The translations under genes and the position numbers were made by a program. DNA of 61,678 nucleotides, filler included, from Anaerolineae bacterium (GTDB lineage: Bacteria > Chloroflexota > Anaerolineae > Epilineales > Epilineaceae): NCBI GenBank assembly GCA_029262755.1. It is 3 parts of 3 records of this genome, joined end to end, with 100 filler letters (N's around TTAATTAATTAA, not from the genome) between each part and the next. Parts side by side here need not be neighbours in the genome. Positions count along the whole stretch, not along the records: positions 1 to 26,306 come from JAJCYU010000218.1; 2 more parts are not named here. The stretch is one strand, 5' to 3'. The notes beneath the pieces are model-generated. The model was not told the DNA's origin. It saw nothing but the letters and a program-made list of their open reading frames with translations, and made no database searches. Below, piece after piece: positions 1 through 11,080 of the stretch (position 1 is its first letter; every line of letters starts with the position of its first letter).

Positions 1-1163
1 AGGCGGCTGCGTTTGATCTCGGCGTAGTTGCCCACATGCACGTCATCACCCAGATGAGCGCCGGCCCGCAGGTGCGCGAACGGGCCGACGTGGCAGCGTG
101 CCCCAAGGCGCGCTTGCTCCACGACCGAAAGCTCGATGTGACAACCGGGGCCTACTTCTGCGTCGCGGAGCACGCTGCCCGGCCCGATCCGACAACCCAT
201 GTCCACCCGCGTTGCACCGAGCAAGTGGCTACCCGGCCAGATCTCCGTGTCCGCTCCGATCTCGACGCCGGCGTCGATCCACGTCGTTGCGGGATCGATC
301 AACGTCACACCGCGCGCCAGATGGGCGATGCGGATTCGCTGACGCATCACCTGCTCGGCGCGTGCCAGGGCCAACCGGTCGTTGACGCCCAGCCATGCCT
401 CCGCATGCTCGGCGATGACCGCCGCCACGCCGCCAGGTGCACCCCGCTTCGCCTCGTCCGCAGCGCGGGCTACGAGATCGGTCAGGTAGATCTCGCCGGA
501 TGCGGAAGGCGTCAGCTCGTTCAAGGCCGGCCACAACCAGCCCGCGTCTGCCACGAGCACGCCGGTGTTGATCTCGTCGATCGCACGCTCCTGGCGCGTG
601 GCATCCACCTGCTCGACCACGCGCAACACCGGACGAGCGCCCATCGCGAACGCCACGTCGGCCACTCCGTCGGCGGCCGGTGCGCGCACGATGCGTCCGT
701 AGCCGGAAGGGTCGGGCACGCGGGTGGTCAGCAGCGTTAGGACGGCGGCTCCACCCTCGTGGGCGGAGATCAGCCGCGACAGCGTGTCGCCGTCCAGCAG
801 CGGTGTGTCGCCGTAGAGAATGAGGATCGTGTCGGGCGCCGCACCATGCGACGGCAGCGCCGAATCAGCGTCGCGCAGCGCCTCTTCGGCCTGCGCGACC
901 GCGTGCCCCGTGCCGCGCTGCTCAGCCTGCGTCGCAACGACGAGCGGCGCGCTCGGATGATCGGTCCGCGCGCGGTCCGCCACCTCTTCCGCGGCGTGGC
1001 CGACCACGAGCACCACACGCGACGGTGCGGGGTCCAGGCCGGCGGCGGCATCCAACACGTGCGACACCATCGCGCGGCCGGCCACCTCATGGAGCACCTT
1101 GGCCCGAGCGGAGCGCATCCGGCTGCCCTTGCCTGCCGCCAGCACGACGACGCCGAGGCTCAC
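1..1163 (-). CDS. glmU: Bifunctional UDP-N-acetylglucosamine pyrophosphorylase/glucosamine-1-phosphate N-acetyltransferase; runs off the left edge
   Basis: Manual minus-strand translation, not in the ORF track: N-terminal SLGVVVLAAGKGSRMRSARAKVLHEVAG and, at the window edge, HVGPFAHLRAGAHLGDDVHVGNYAEIKRS. GTG start at 1163 (alternative 1193); the frame is closed by a TAG just upstream. Confidence 0.93.
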   Translation of the reverse strand, partial: MSLGVVVLAAGKGSRMRSARAKVLHEVAGRAMVSHVLDAAAGLDPAPSRVVLVVGHAAEEVADRARTDHPSAPLVVATQAEQRGTGHAVAQAEEALRDADSALPSHGAAPDTILILYGDTPLLDGDTLSRLISAHEGGAAVLTLLTTRVPDPSGYGRIVRAPAADGVADVAFAMGARPVLRVVEQVDATRQERAIDEINTGVLVADAGWLWPALNELTPSASGEIYLTDLVARAADEAKRGAPGGVAAVIAEHAEAWLGVNDRLALARAEQVMRQRIRIAHLARGVTLIDPATTWIDAGVEIGADTEIWPGSHLLGATRVDMGCRIGPGSVLRDAEVGPGCHIELSVVEQARLGARCHVGPFAHLRAGAHLGDDVHVGNYAEIKRSR

Positions 1164-1297
1164 GGCCGCGACCCGGCGCAGACGCAGGCGCACGCGGCGG
1201 TCCCAAAGATCGGGTTGGCTGACGGAGGGCGCGCGCGTCGTGGCCGTCGTCGACGCTGCAGACGTCCGACGCGCGCGGACCTAGAGGAAGGGTCCAT
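1160..1297 (-). CDS. Putative 45-aa leader ORF overlapping the glmU start (GTGA)
   Basis: ATG about 10 nt after a -10 box; MDPSSRSARVGRLQRRRRPRRARPPSANPIFGTAACACVCAGSRP*; its TGA overlaps the glmU GTG. Confidence 0.3.
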   Translation of the reverse strand: MDPSSRSARVGRLQRRRRPRRARPPSANPIFGTAACACVCAGSRP

Positions 1298-1306
1298 GTG
1301 GCGGCT

Positions 1307-1335
1307 ATGGTATTCGGGCGCGGGGAGGGGGTCAA
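1307..1335 (-). promoter_or_regulatory. Sigma70-type promoter upstream of glmU
   Basis: TTGACC-17 nt-TACCAT on the minus strand. Confidence 0.6.
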
Positions 1336-1347
1336 TCAGCCGGGCTC

Positions 1348-1938
1348 TTAGGCGCCGTCGTCGCTCTCCGTGGCGACCGGCTCCGATCCTTCGCCCGTCT
1401 CCTCGCGCCGCACGCGCTCCACGAGGCGTGCCGCGCGACGCCGCGCCGCACCCTCATATAGCAGCTGCTCGTCCTCGGTTTCCGGCTCGATCGGACAAAC
1501 GGGCTGCGGTCGGCTCTCGTCGTCCACGGCCACGAAGGTCAGAAACGCCTCGGCCACCCGACGGTACTCGCCGGTCAAGGGATGCTCGGCGTGCACGGTG
1601 GCGTGGAGTTCCATCGAGGTAGTCCACGCCCGCGTGACCGGCGCACGCACGATGGCGAAGTCCCCGATACGCAGCGGCGCCTCGAAGGCCACGGCGTCGA
1701 TCAAGGCCGTCACGACCGGCTGACGGCAGTGACGCACCGCAGCCATGGCGCCGACCTCGTCGAACCAGCGCAGGATGTGGCCGCCGAAGACCGTACCGTG
1801 CACGTTGGCTTGGTTCGGATGCGTGATGTAGGCCGTGCGAACGCGCGACGCGGAGGGCGGCCGCGGCACATCGACCGGTACGCCGGACACGGCGCCCGGT
1901 TGGGCGCCGCTCTCCGAATCCGTGACGCCGCGGCTCAT
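1348..1938 (-). CDS. Acyl-CoA thioesterase (HotDog fold, YciA-like)
   Basis: PNQANVHGTVFGGHILRWFDEVG ... VVTALIDAVAFEAPLRIGD ... AFLTFVAVD motifs. Confidence 0.9.
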   Translation of the reverse strand: MSRGVTDSESGAQPGAVSGVPVDVPRPPSASRVRTAYITHPNQANVHGTVFGGHILRWFDEVGAMAAVRHCRQPVVTALIDAVAFEAPLRIGDFAIVRAPVTRAWTTSMELHATVHAEHPLTGEYRRVAEAFLTFVAVDDESRPQPVCPIEPETEDEQLLYEGAARRRAARLVERVRREETGEGSEPVATESDDGA

Positions 1939-1942
1939 GCCC

Positions 1943-3019
1943 TCAGTCGACCTCGAGGAAGGCCTTCAAGCGGCCGGCACGTTGGCCGACCCGCAGTCGG
2001 GCGAGCGCCTCGGTCTCGATCTGGCGGATGCGCTCGCGCGTGACCCCGAACTTCTCGCCGACTTCCTTGAGGGTATGCGCTTCGCCGTCGAGCAGGCCGA
2101 AGCGCAACTCGAGCACGCGGGCCTCGCGCTGCGGGAGGGCGAGCAGGATGTGCTCGATCTCGTCGCGCAAGACCTCGTAGGCCGCCGCTTCCGGCGGTGC
2201 GGGCATCGCGTCGTCTTCGATGAAGTCGCCGAGCTCGCTGTCCTGGTCCTCGCCGACCGGCTTCTCAAGCGAGAGCGGGTTGCGTGCGATGCGCAGCATC
2301 CACTGGACCTTGCGCACCGGCAGCTCAACCTCGCCGGCCAACTCTTCGAGCGACGGCTCGCGGCCGAGGGTCTGCTCCAGCGTACGGCTGGTCTGGAACA
2401 GGCGCCGGATACGATCGCTCATGTGCACGGGGACGCGGATCGTGCGCCCTTGGTCGGCGATCGCGCGGGTGATGGCCTGGCGCACCCACCACGTCGCGTA
2501 GGTGGAGAACTTGAAGCCGCGCCGCCAGTCGAACTTCTCGACGGCCTTCATCAAGCCCAGGTTGCCCTCCTGAATCAAGTCGAGGAAGGGCACGCCCTGG
2601 TTCATGTACTTCTTGGCCATGGCGATGACCAGGCGGCTGTTGGCCTTGGTCAGGTGTTGGCGCGCCGCCTCGCCGTCCGCCATGAGCGTGGCGAGCGCGA
2701 CGGGCAAGCGCCCACGCTTCTTACGCTCCCCCGCCTTCTTGGCCGCTTCGACACCGCGCTCGATTCGCTGCGCGAGATCGACCTCTTCCTCGGCGCTGAG
2801 GAGGGGGATGTTGCCCACCTCGCGCAGGTAGAGGCTGACCGTGTCATCGCTTTCGATGCCGGATAGATCGAAGTGGTGCAAGCGTAGGTGCACGGGCGGC
2901 GTCTCTTCGCCTGCCCGCGCGGCCGCATTGGCCAACATCTGATCGATAGCCTCGGCCATTTGCTTCGGGTCGGGCCACGCATCTCTGGCGGCAGACGCCA
3001 CCGTTTCTTGTGTCCGCAC
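1943..3019 (-). CDS. RpoD/SigA-family sigma-70 factor with a short N-terminus
   Basis: Region 1.2 [11 protein letters not shown], region 2 [54 protein letters not shown], region 4 [23 protein letters not shown] start chosen after a G-rich SD; the ORF is open to 3196. Confidence 0.92.
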   Translation of the reverse strand: MRTQETVASAARDAWPDPKQMAEAIDQMLANAAARAGEETPPVHLRLHHFDLSGIESDDTVSLYLREVGNIPLLSAEEEVDLAQRIERGVEAAKKAGERKKRGRLPVALATLMADGEAARQHLTKANSRLVIAMAKKYMNQGVPFLDLIQEGNLGLMKAVEKFDWRRGFKFSTYATWWVRQAITRAIADQGRTIRVPVHMSDRIRRLFQTSRTLEQTLGREPSLEELAGEVELPVRKVQWMLRIARNPLSLEKPVGEDQDSELGDFIEDDAMPAPPEAAAYEVLRDEIEHILLALPQREARVLELRFGLLDGEAHTLKEVGEKFGVTRERIRQIETEALARLRVGQRAGRLKAFLEVD

Positions 3020-3199
3020 GATCCCCCCCTGCGTCGTGTCGGTGATGGCCGAAAATCGGCCAGGTCGTGGCGGACCCCGGGGAGCGGAGGGCGCGGGAGG
3101 GCGCCGTCTCGGGGTGGGGGCGTTCACGACCATCTCTAGGCGGAAAAAAACGACCGTCCATCGAGGACGGTCTCGGGCGCCCGGCGTCGAGCGCATGGC

Positions 3200-3229
3200 A
3201 GTCTAACATAACGGTGAGACGCATGTCAA
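3200..3229 (-). promoter_or_regulatory. Sigma70-type promoter of the sigma factor gene
   Basis: TTGACA-18 nt-TAGACT with an extended -10 TG on the minus strand. Confidence 0.6.
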
Positions 3230-3436
3230 CGCATTTTAATGTGCGCTCCGATGCACCCGTAGAACGGGCCCAACCACGCCACATCCCGCTGCGAGCACGG
3301 ACCTCTAATGGAGGTCTAGCGCCTTACACGCGCCCGCTGACAGGCTTCTTGCACTCCGACCCTTAGAATCACGGAGCGTCGTCGCCTCGCGGCGCCGCTC
3401 AAAGAAATCGAACGTGGCAAAGGAGCCCGTAATACC

Positions 3437-5365
<1,929 letters not shown>

Positions 5366-5368
5366 GCC

Positions 5369-5980
5369 ATGCCTACGCCCGAGAACACCGACCCGCAGGC
5401 GCACGACCCGATCGACGGCTCGCAGGGCGAGGACCAGGCGGAGGACGCGGCCACGGAGGCCGCGGCCTCCGCCGCCGCCGGCGCCTCCAACGGCCTCGAC
5501 GCGCAGGTGATTGCTACCTTCGAGTCCGAGCTGGCCGAGGCGCACCGCCAGGCGGACGAGCATCACGACCGCTACCTGCGCGCCGAAGCCGACCTGCAGA
5601 ACGTCCGTCGTCGTTCCGACCAGCGGCGTGAGGAGGCCCTGCGCCTTCAGAAGCGCACGCTGCTCACCCGCTTCCTCGACGTGCGCGACAACCTCGAGCG
5701 TGCGTTGCAGCACACGGACGATGCCGACGACAGCCCGATGCTCGAGGGCCTGCGCGCAACGCTGCGCGTGATCGACCACTTGCTCGAGCGCGAGGGCGCC
5801 GCCCCGATCGTCGCGGAAGACGCGGCCTTCGACCCCGAGCTGCACGAGGCCGTAGCCGTCGTCCCCGTACCCAACGTCAAGCACGAGACCGTGATCTCCG
5901 TCGAGCGCAGCGGCTACACGATCGACGGTGAGTTGCTGCGCCCCGCACGCGTGGTGGTCGGACGCCCCGCCGACGGCTGA
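5369..5980 (+). CDS. grpE: Nucleotide exchange factor GrpE
   Basis: YLRAEADLQNVRRR, DNLERAL, FDPELHEAV, GYTIDGELLRPARVVV; starts 3 nt after dnaK. Confidence 0.96.
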   Translation: MPTPENTDPQAHDPIDGSQGEDQAEDAATEAAASAAAGASNGLDAQVIATFESELAEAHRQADEHHDRYLRAEADLQNVRRRSDQRREEALRLQKRTLLTRFLDVRDNLERALQHTDDADDSPMLEGLRATLRVIDHLLEREGAAPIVAEDAAFDPELHEAVAVVPVPNVKHETVISVERSGYTIDGELLRPARVVVGRPADG

Positions 5981-6011
5981 GCATGCGCAACGAGGCGGCA
6001 GGGCCAACCCC

Positions 6012-6040
6012 TTGAGCACGTTGGGGCGCTGGGCTATACT
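6012..6040 (+). promoter_or_regulatory. Sigma70-type promoter for the BON/flavodoxin genes
   Basis: TTGAGC-17 nt-TATACT. Confidence 0.6.
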
Positions 6041-6132
6041 CCCGCCCCGCGCGGGGTGAATCAGCTCCTCGCGGTCGAACGTTCCAGCAACCACGACGCG
6101 CAACGAACTCGCGCGTGCCCAACGGTGAGACC

Positions 6133-6783
6133 ATGGCGAACGCGGTCCAGACCACGCACCTGATCGATCATCCGAGCGAGCATTACGTTCGGGACCTCGC
6201 CACGGCGGTCGAAGGCGCGCTGTGGAATCACGACCCCATCCGGCAGTCGCATACGATGCTCAACATCGAATCGGCGGACGGTGTCGTCACCATGGCGGGC
6301 AACATCCGCGGTCACATGTTGCGCTCGATCGCCGAGCACATCGCCCGCGGCGTACCGGGCGTGGTGCGCGTGATCAACCAGCTCGTCTCCGACAACCAGA
6401 TCGAGAGCGACGCCTCGATTGCGGTGGCCATGGATCCCGAGGTCGATGTGACCACGGACCGCATCGCGATCAAGAGCTATCTGGGCATGGTCCATCTCTC
6501 CGGCTTTGTCGCCGACGAAGTTCTCGCGACCGCCGAGGCCAAGGTGGCCCGCATCACGGAGCTCATCCAGGCGGTGCCCGGCGTGCGTGAGGTGGCCAGC
6601 CATCTGCACGCGGTCGAGGGCTCCGGCGACGACGGCTACGTGGTCGAGGCCGTCGAGGACGAGGTGGCCGAACAGGTCGTCGGCGCTCGCGCGATGGGCA
6701 CGTTGCTCAGCGAGGCCAAGCGCGACAAGGCCCGCGCCATGCTCAAGGCCCGCGAGGCCACTCGCGCCGCGGCCGCCGGCTAA
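6133..6783 (+). CDS. Double BON-domain protein (OsmY-like, no signal peptide)
   Basis: Two repeats of the type GVVTMAG...IARGVPGVVRVINQL and GMVHLSG...IQAVPGVREVASHL. Confidence 0.8.
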   Translation: MANAVQTTHLIDHPSEHYVRDLATAVEGALWNHDPIRQSHTMLNIESADGVVTMAGNIRGHMLRSIAEHIARGVPGVVRVINQLVSDNQIESDASIAVAMDPEVDVTTDRIAIKSYLGMVHLSGFVADEVLATAEAKVARITELIQAVPGVREVASHLHAVEGSGDDGYVVEAVEDEVAEQVVGARAMGTLLSEAKRDKARAMLKAREATRAAAAG

Positions 6784-6858
6784 GGCCACGCTCGGGTCCG
6801 CGATACCTTCCCACAAGCTTTCCCTTCGGACGTTCCCGTCCCAGCGCAGGAGATCCAC

Positions 6859-7374
6859 ATGAAGTTCGGCATCTTCATGGGCAGCACAACCGGCAACACG
6901 GAAACCGCGGCGGAGGCGATGAAGGCCGAGATCGAGAAGAAGGTCCCCAACTCGGTCACGATCCACAACGTCCGCACAGCCGACCTGAACGCCATGCGCG
7001 ATTACGACGTGGTGGTCATCGGCTGCCCCACCTGGAACGTCGGCGAGCTCCAAGAGGACTGGATCGAGCAGCTGCCCGGCTTCAAGAACATCGACCTGTC
7101 GGGCAAGAAGGTGGCGATGTACGGCGTCGGCGACGCCAAGGGCTACGCGAAGAACTTCCAGGACTCGCTCGGCATCCTCGGGGAGGTCGTCCTGGACAAG
7201 GGCGGCGACGTCCACGGCTTCTGGCCCGTCGACGACTACAACTTCGAGATGAGCGAAGGCGTCGTCGACCAACATTTCCTGGGCCTGGCCCTCGACGACG
7301 ACAACGAGAGCCACAAGACCCGCGACCGCATCAACGCCTGGATCCAGCAGCTGCTGGTCGAGGTGGGCGCGTAG
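6859..7374 (+). CDS. fldA: Long-chain flavodoxin
   Basis: GIFMGSTTGNTE, IGCPTWNVGELQEDW, GVGDAKGYAKNFQD, FLGLALDDDNE; SD AGGAG. Confidence 0.92.
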   Translation: MKFGIFMGSTTGNTETAAEAMKAEIEKKVPNSVTIHNVRTADLNAMRDYDVVVIGCPTWNVGELQEDWIEQLPGFKNIDLSGKKVAMYGVGDAKGYAKNFQDSLGILGEVVLDKGGDVHGFWPVDDYNFEMSEGVVDQHFLGLALDDDNESHKTRDRINAWIQQLLVEVGA

Positions 7375-7451
7375 GGGTCGAACCACAGCAGTGCGACCCG
7401 TCACGACGAAGCGATCGCAACCACGGTCGCCTCATCCGAATCGAACGAAAC

Positions 7452-7487
7452 AAGACGGGCGGCCCATGGGGGCCGCCCGTCTTTCTT
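7452..7487. terminator. Intrinsic terminator, probably bidirectional
   Basis: Perfect 14-bp stem AAGACGGGCGGCCC / GGGCCGCCCGTCTT with a 4-nt loop and T-rich tail, between convergent genes. Confidence 0.8.
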
Positions 7488-7574
7488 GCGTGTTGCCGCT
7501 AGTGTCTGCTCCCGTCCCCGTTCGGTCCGAGTAACTGGGTCCTGCTGCCCCCGTACTGCCGCCCCCCAACCCCC

Positions 7575-10553
7575 CTACGGAACCTGCGGCGCTCCGCCCG
7601 GTGCGCCTGGGAAGCCCGGCGGCGGGCTTGCGCCGTCGCTCAGCAAGCTCATCATCGCGCTTTGGATCTGGTCGGCCGATTCCTGGTCCGTTGCGCGGCT
7701 GAGCGCACCGCCCAGGACCTCGACGGCCTTGTCGCTCTGGTTGTTGTCGAGGTAGAGCAGGCCGAGGTTGTAGAGCACCTTCCAGTCGACGTTCTGGCCG
7801 AGGTTGCTGACGGCCTGCTCGTAGAAGGAGATCGCCGTGTCCATATCGCCCTGTTGGCGTGCCAGATCGGCGCGTTGTAGGAGCGAACCGGGGTCTTGGT
7901 CGCCGCCGCCCAGTTCCGTGGCGCGCACGACGGCGGCCTCGGATTCGGCGGTGCGGCCGGCCATCTCGTAGGCGCGGGCCAGCAGCTGCCAGGTCTGCGC
8001 GTTCTCGCCGTCGAGCAGGTCGCGGGAGAACTCGAGGAGCTGGATCGCCTCGTTCGACTTGCCCTGGAGCAGGCGGGCGAGCGCTAGCTCGTTGGCCACC
8101 TGCGGCTCGAAGTTGAGCGTGACGAAGGCCGCGGCCAGGGTGATCTCCGCCTGGCTCGCCAGCCCGGAGGGGTCGCCGGCGCCCGTGGCGGCCAGGCGTT
8201 CGGCCACCAGCAGCTGCAGGTGGCCGCGGTTGAAGGTGTGGTAGGCGTTCTCGGGGTTGAGCGCCTCGGCCTCCTGCAGCAGATCCTGCGCCCGCTCGTA
8301 GACGCCGAGCGCCTGGGTGACATCCGGGATCAGCTGCGCCTGCTCGGTGTGGAATTCCGCCCAGCGCAGGTAGTAGCCGTCGTCGCGTGGCTGCATCGCG
8401 ATCGCTACGTCGAACTCGGCCACCGCGCGCTCATAGGCCGCGCTATCGCCCTGCGTGGAAGCCTGTGCCCAGTTTAGGACCGCACGTTGGTATGCGATAT
8501 CGCCGCGCACCGGGTTGATGGCCAGCACCACGATTGCCGCCACCGCGCCGATGGCCGGTAACAGATATCCGATGACTTGCGGACCCGCCGCCGGCGGAGC
8601 GCCGATCTCCGCCGCCGGCGCGAGCAACCAACCCGCGAGCAGCACGAGCACGAGCATCCACAGGACGGTGGCCGCGTAGAGCGCGCCGGCTTCGGGCGAA
8701 ACCGCGAGGACGATCGCGCGCAGCACGCTGTAGAGCGCGGGCACCGCGAGCGCCACGACGGTCGTGCCGAACACGCCGCGGCGCGCGTCCGCGGCGGCCA
8801 GCGCCGCGACAGCCGCGACGCCGATGAGCAAGAGGACGAGGATCGCGCTCGTGTCGCGCAGCCGCGGCACGCTGAAGAGCCATAGGCTGTAGAGCACACC
8901 GCTTGCCGCAAGGCCGAGCACGATGCCGAGGCCCGCGCCGCGCCGGTCGAGGACGAGTGCGGAACCGCCGCCTTCGGCGCCTGCTTCCGCCGCGTCCTTG
9001 CGCCGGGTGCGCGCCCGCGCGGTGGTCGATGCCACGGCGGCGGGCTTGCGCTCGCCGAGCGCGCGCGCCAGCAACAGGCCGGCCAAGATCCAGATCACCG
9101 TCTCGGTGACGACCGTGCGGATGCCGAAGGCGCCCTCGGCCACCATCGCCGTGCCCGCGCCGAGCATCGCCAGCGCGAGCGGGTCGATCTCGACCGGTTC
9201 CGCGGCGCGAGCGAGCGCCGCGATCAAGTACATGCCGAGGCCGGCGAGCATCCCGAGCGCGAGCAGCGCACCGGTCATGCCCGGGCGCCAGAACCAGCCA
9301 AGGCCGCCGAGCACGGTGCCGCCGACGAGCAGGCCGACGAGCATGCGGCGGCTGCCGCGTCCCGGCGCCAGCCCAAGCAGCACGAGCGCCGTATAGAGCC
9401 ACGCGCCCCAGAGGGCCAGCTGGCCAAGCAGGCCCAGCAGGCCCGTCATGGCCAGCGCGTCGAAGGGCACGCTGTGGCTGCGGTCGACCAGGCGATCGGC
9501 CTGGCCCTGGCCCGCGAGGTAGGTGTCACCGTAGGGCAGCAGCGCGTGGCGTAGCGATTCGGGGCCGTGGCCGGTTGCCAGGCGGGCGGGCTCGGCGGCG
9601 GTCAGGCGCGCCACCGCGTCCCACACGCGCAGCCGGACGGCCTGCGAGCCTTCGGTCGTGGCGGAGATCTGCGCGAAGCGACCGAGCACGGGTGCGTCCG
9701 CCAGACCCGTGAGCGGCCCGTCGCGCCAGTTGAGCAAGCCGAGCAGCAACAATCCGCCAAGCGCGAGGCCGAGGATGGCCGCCGCCGTACCGGCCTTGCG
9801 CCGCACGGCCGCCGCGGCAAGCGCCAGCGCGCCCAAGCCGATGACGAGGCCGAGGATCGGACCGCGGCTGGCCGTCAGCCACAGCGCGAGCAGCTGCAAT
9901 GCGAGCACCACGATCCATGAAGATGCGACGATCGTGCGGCCCGCGCGTACCGCCGCTCCTGCACGTACGACGACGATGGGCGCCAGCATCATGAGGTAGG
10001 CGCCGAGAAAGATCGGGTTGGAGAGCGTGCCGAAGACACGGCTGTCCTCCACGCGTCCGGGCACCGCTTCCAGGCCGGCCGCCTGGGTGAGCGCGTAGAG
10101 CGCTACGGGCACGCCGGCAGCTGCGAGCACCGCGATGATGCGGTCGCGGCTGTCGGCCGAACGCCCCACGGCCGCGGCGGCGCCGAAGAGGGCCAGCGCT
10201 GCCATCAGTTGCAGCAACCCCTGTTGGCGTTCCGGCGCACCGTAAAAGGCCAGACCGGGCACGGAGGCCGTGGCCGTGGCCAGCGCGGTCGCGCCGCCGA
10301 GCACCAACGCGGCGACGCCGAGGGGTTGCCGGACGGCACGGCCCACCGAGCGCAGGCTCGCGCCGCCGCCCTCGGCGAGGGCGATCACGCCGAGCGCCGC
10401 CGCCATCGCGCCGAAGGCGATGAGCAACGCGCCCTTGCCCAGCTCGAAGACGCGGAATCCGTAGTAGTTCACGAAGAGCGGGATGGCCGCTGCCGCGAGT
10501 AGCAGCAACGCTTCCATCCCGCCGAAGGCCAGGGCCCTGAGTCTCGTATTCAT
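7575..10553 (-). CDS. O-antigen ligase/O-oligosaccharyltransferase-like (Wzy_C) polytopic membrane protein with C-terminal TPRs
   Basis: Many TM segments; RVFGTLSNPIFLGAYL, TASRG, RLRVW, GHGPE, DRSHS...GLLG motifs; TPR-like helices after about residue 700. Start placed at MNTRLR (10553). Confidence 0.8.
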   Translation of the reverse strand: MNTRLRALAFGGMEALLLLAAAAIPLFVNYYGFRVFELGKGALLIAFGAMAAALGVIALAEGGGASLRSVGRAVRQPLGVAALVLGGATALATATASVPGLAFYGAPERQQGLLQLMAALALFGAAAAVGRSADSRDRIIAVLAAAGVPVALYALTQAAGLEAVPGRVEDSRVFGTLSNPIFLGAYLMMLAPIVVVRAGAAVRAGRTIVASSWIVVLALQLLALWLTASRGPILGLVIGLGALALAAAAVRRKAGTAAAILGLALGGLLLLGLLNWRDGPLTGLADAPVLGRFAQISATTEGSQAVRLRVWDAVARLTAAEPARLATGHGPESLRHALLPYGDTYLAGQGQADRLVDRSHSVPFDALAMTGLLGLLGQLALWGAWLYTALVLLGLAPGRGSRRMLVGLLVGGTVLGGLGWFWRPGMTGALLALGMLAGLGMYLIAALARAAEPVEIDPLALAMLGAGTAMVAEGAFGIRTVVTETVIWILAGLLLARALGERKPAAVASTTARARTRRKDAAEAGAEGGGSALVLDRRGAGLGIVLGLAASGVLYSLWLFSVPRLRDTSAILVLLLIGVAAVAALAAADARRGVFGTTVVALAVPALYSVLRAIVLAVSPEAGALYAATVLWMLVLVLLAGWLLAPAAEIGAPPAAGPQVIGYLLPAIGAVAAIVVLAINPVRGDIAYQRAVLNWAQASTQGDSAAYERAVAEFDVAIAMQPRDDGYYLRWAEFHTEQAQLIPDVTQALGVYERAQDLLQEAEALNPENAYHTFNRGHLQLLVAERLAATGAGDPSGLASQAEITLAAAFVTLNFEPQVANELALARLLQGKSNEAIQLLEFSRDLLDGENAQTWQLLARAYEMAGRTAESEAAVVRATELGGGDQDPGSLLQRADLARQQGDMDTAISFYEQAVSNLGQNVDWKVLYNLGLLYLDNNQSDKAVEVLGGALSRATDQESADQIQSAMMSLLSDGASPPPGFPGAPGGAPQVP

Positions 10554-10623
10554 GGCGCGCGATGATACCACAGGGAGCGGGTGTCTCCGCCCCGCGGACA
10601 CCCATGCGTTTGTTTTCGAGCGC

Positions 10624-10974
10624 TTAGCTGGTGCGCTCCAGGATCTGGATCGGGTTGCCGTCCGGATCCAGCACCGTCCCGAAGACCGCGGCGGGCGTCG
10701 TGTTTTCGAAGACAAAGGCGCAGCCGCGTTCCTCGAGCGTCGCCTTGGCCGCCGCGTAGTCGGCCACGCGAAGCACGGGCGTAGTGCGCGCGTCCGAGAC
10801 GGCTTCGCTGTTGGCACCACCGTGCAGCGCAAGCGGCGCTCCGCCCGTGTCGAGGTAGGCGAAATCGCCGTGGCGTGCGCGCAGCGGCAGTTCCAGCTTC
10901 TCCTGGTACCAGGCCAGGCTGCGTTCAAAGTCCGAGACCATCACCATCACCATGTCCACGCCTTGTACCAACAT
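10624..10974 (-). CDS. VOC/glyoxalase/bleomycin-resistance family protein
   Basis: VSDFERSLAWYQEKL ... DPDGNPIQI; SD AAGGAGG. Confidence 0.9.
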   Translation of the reverse strand: MLVQGVDMVMVMVSDFERSLAWYQEKLELPLRARHGDFAYLDTGGAPLALHGGANSEAVSDARTTPVLRVADYAAAKATLEERGCAFVFENTTPAAVFGTVLDPDGNPIQILERTS

Positions 10975-11015
10975 CGGGGCCTCCTTGGGGGTCTTGCGCT
11001 CGCATCAACAATGGA

Positions 11016-11031
11016 TCGAACGCATGTTCGA
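11016..11031. promoter_or_regulatory. LexA (SOS/Cheo) box
   Basis: Perfect TCGAAC-GCAT-GTTCGA, about 40 nt upstream of the VOC start. Confidence 0.75.
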
Positions 11032-11080
11032 CGCATACATTCTCGCTCATTCCGCGATGGGCGCCAAAGAATGCCCTCTT

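Noticed and set aside
36..1622. Plus-strand ORFs 36..740 and 759..1622, and the many other Arg/Ala/Pro-rich overlapping ORFs in the track
   Set aside because: Shadows of real genes (here glmU and the thioesterase) caused by stop-codon scarcity at high GC.
3348..3374. Possible CIRCE element upstream of dnaK (CTTGCACTC-N9-GAATCACGG)
   Set aside because: Only the left arm resembles TTAGCACTC; the right arm matches 3 of 9 positions.
10554..10928. N-terminal extension of the 1117-aa ORF (7575..10928)
   Set aside because: It overlaps the VOC gene in another frame; the membrane protein plausibly starts at 10553.
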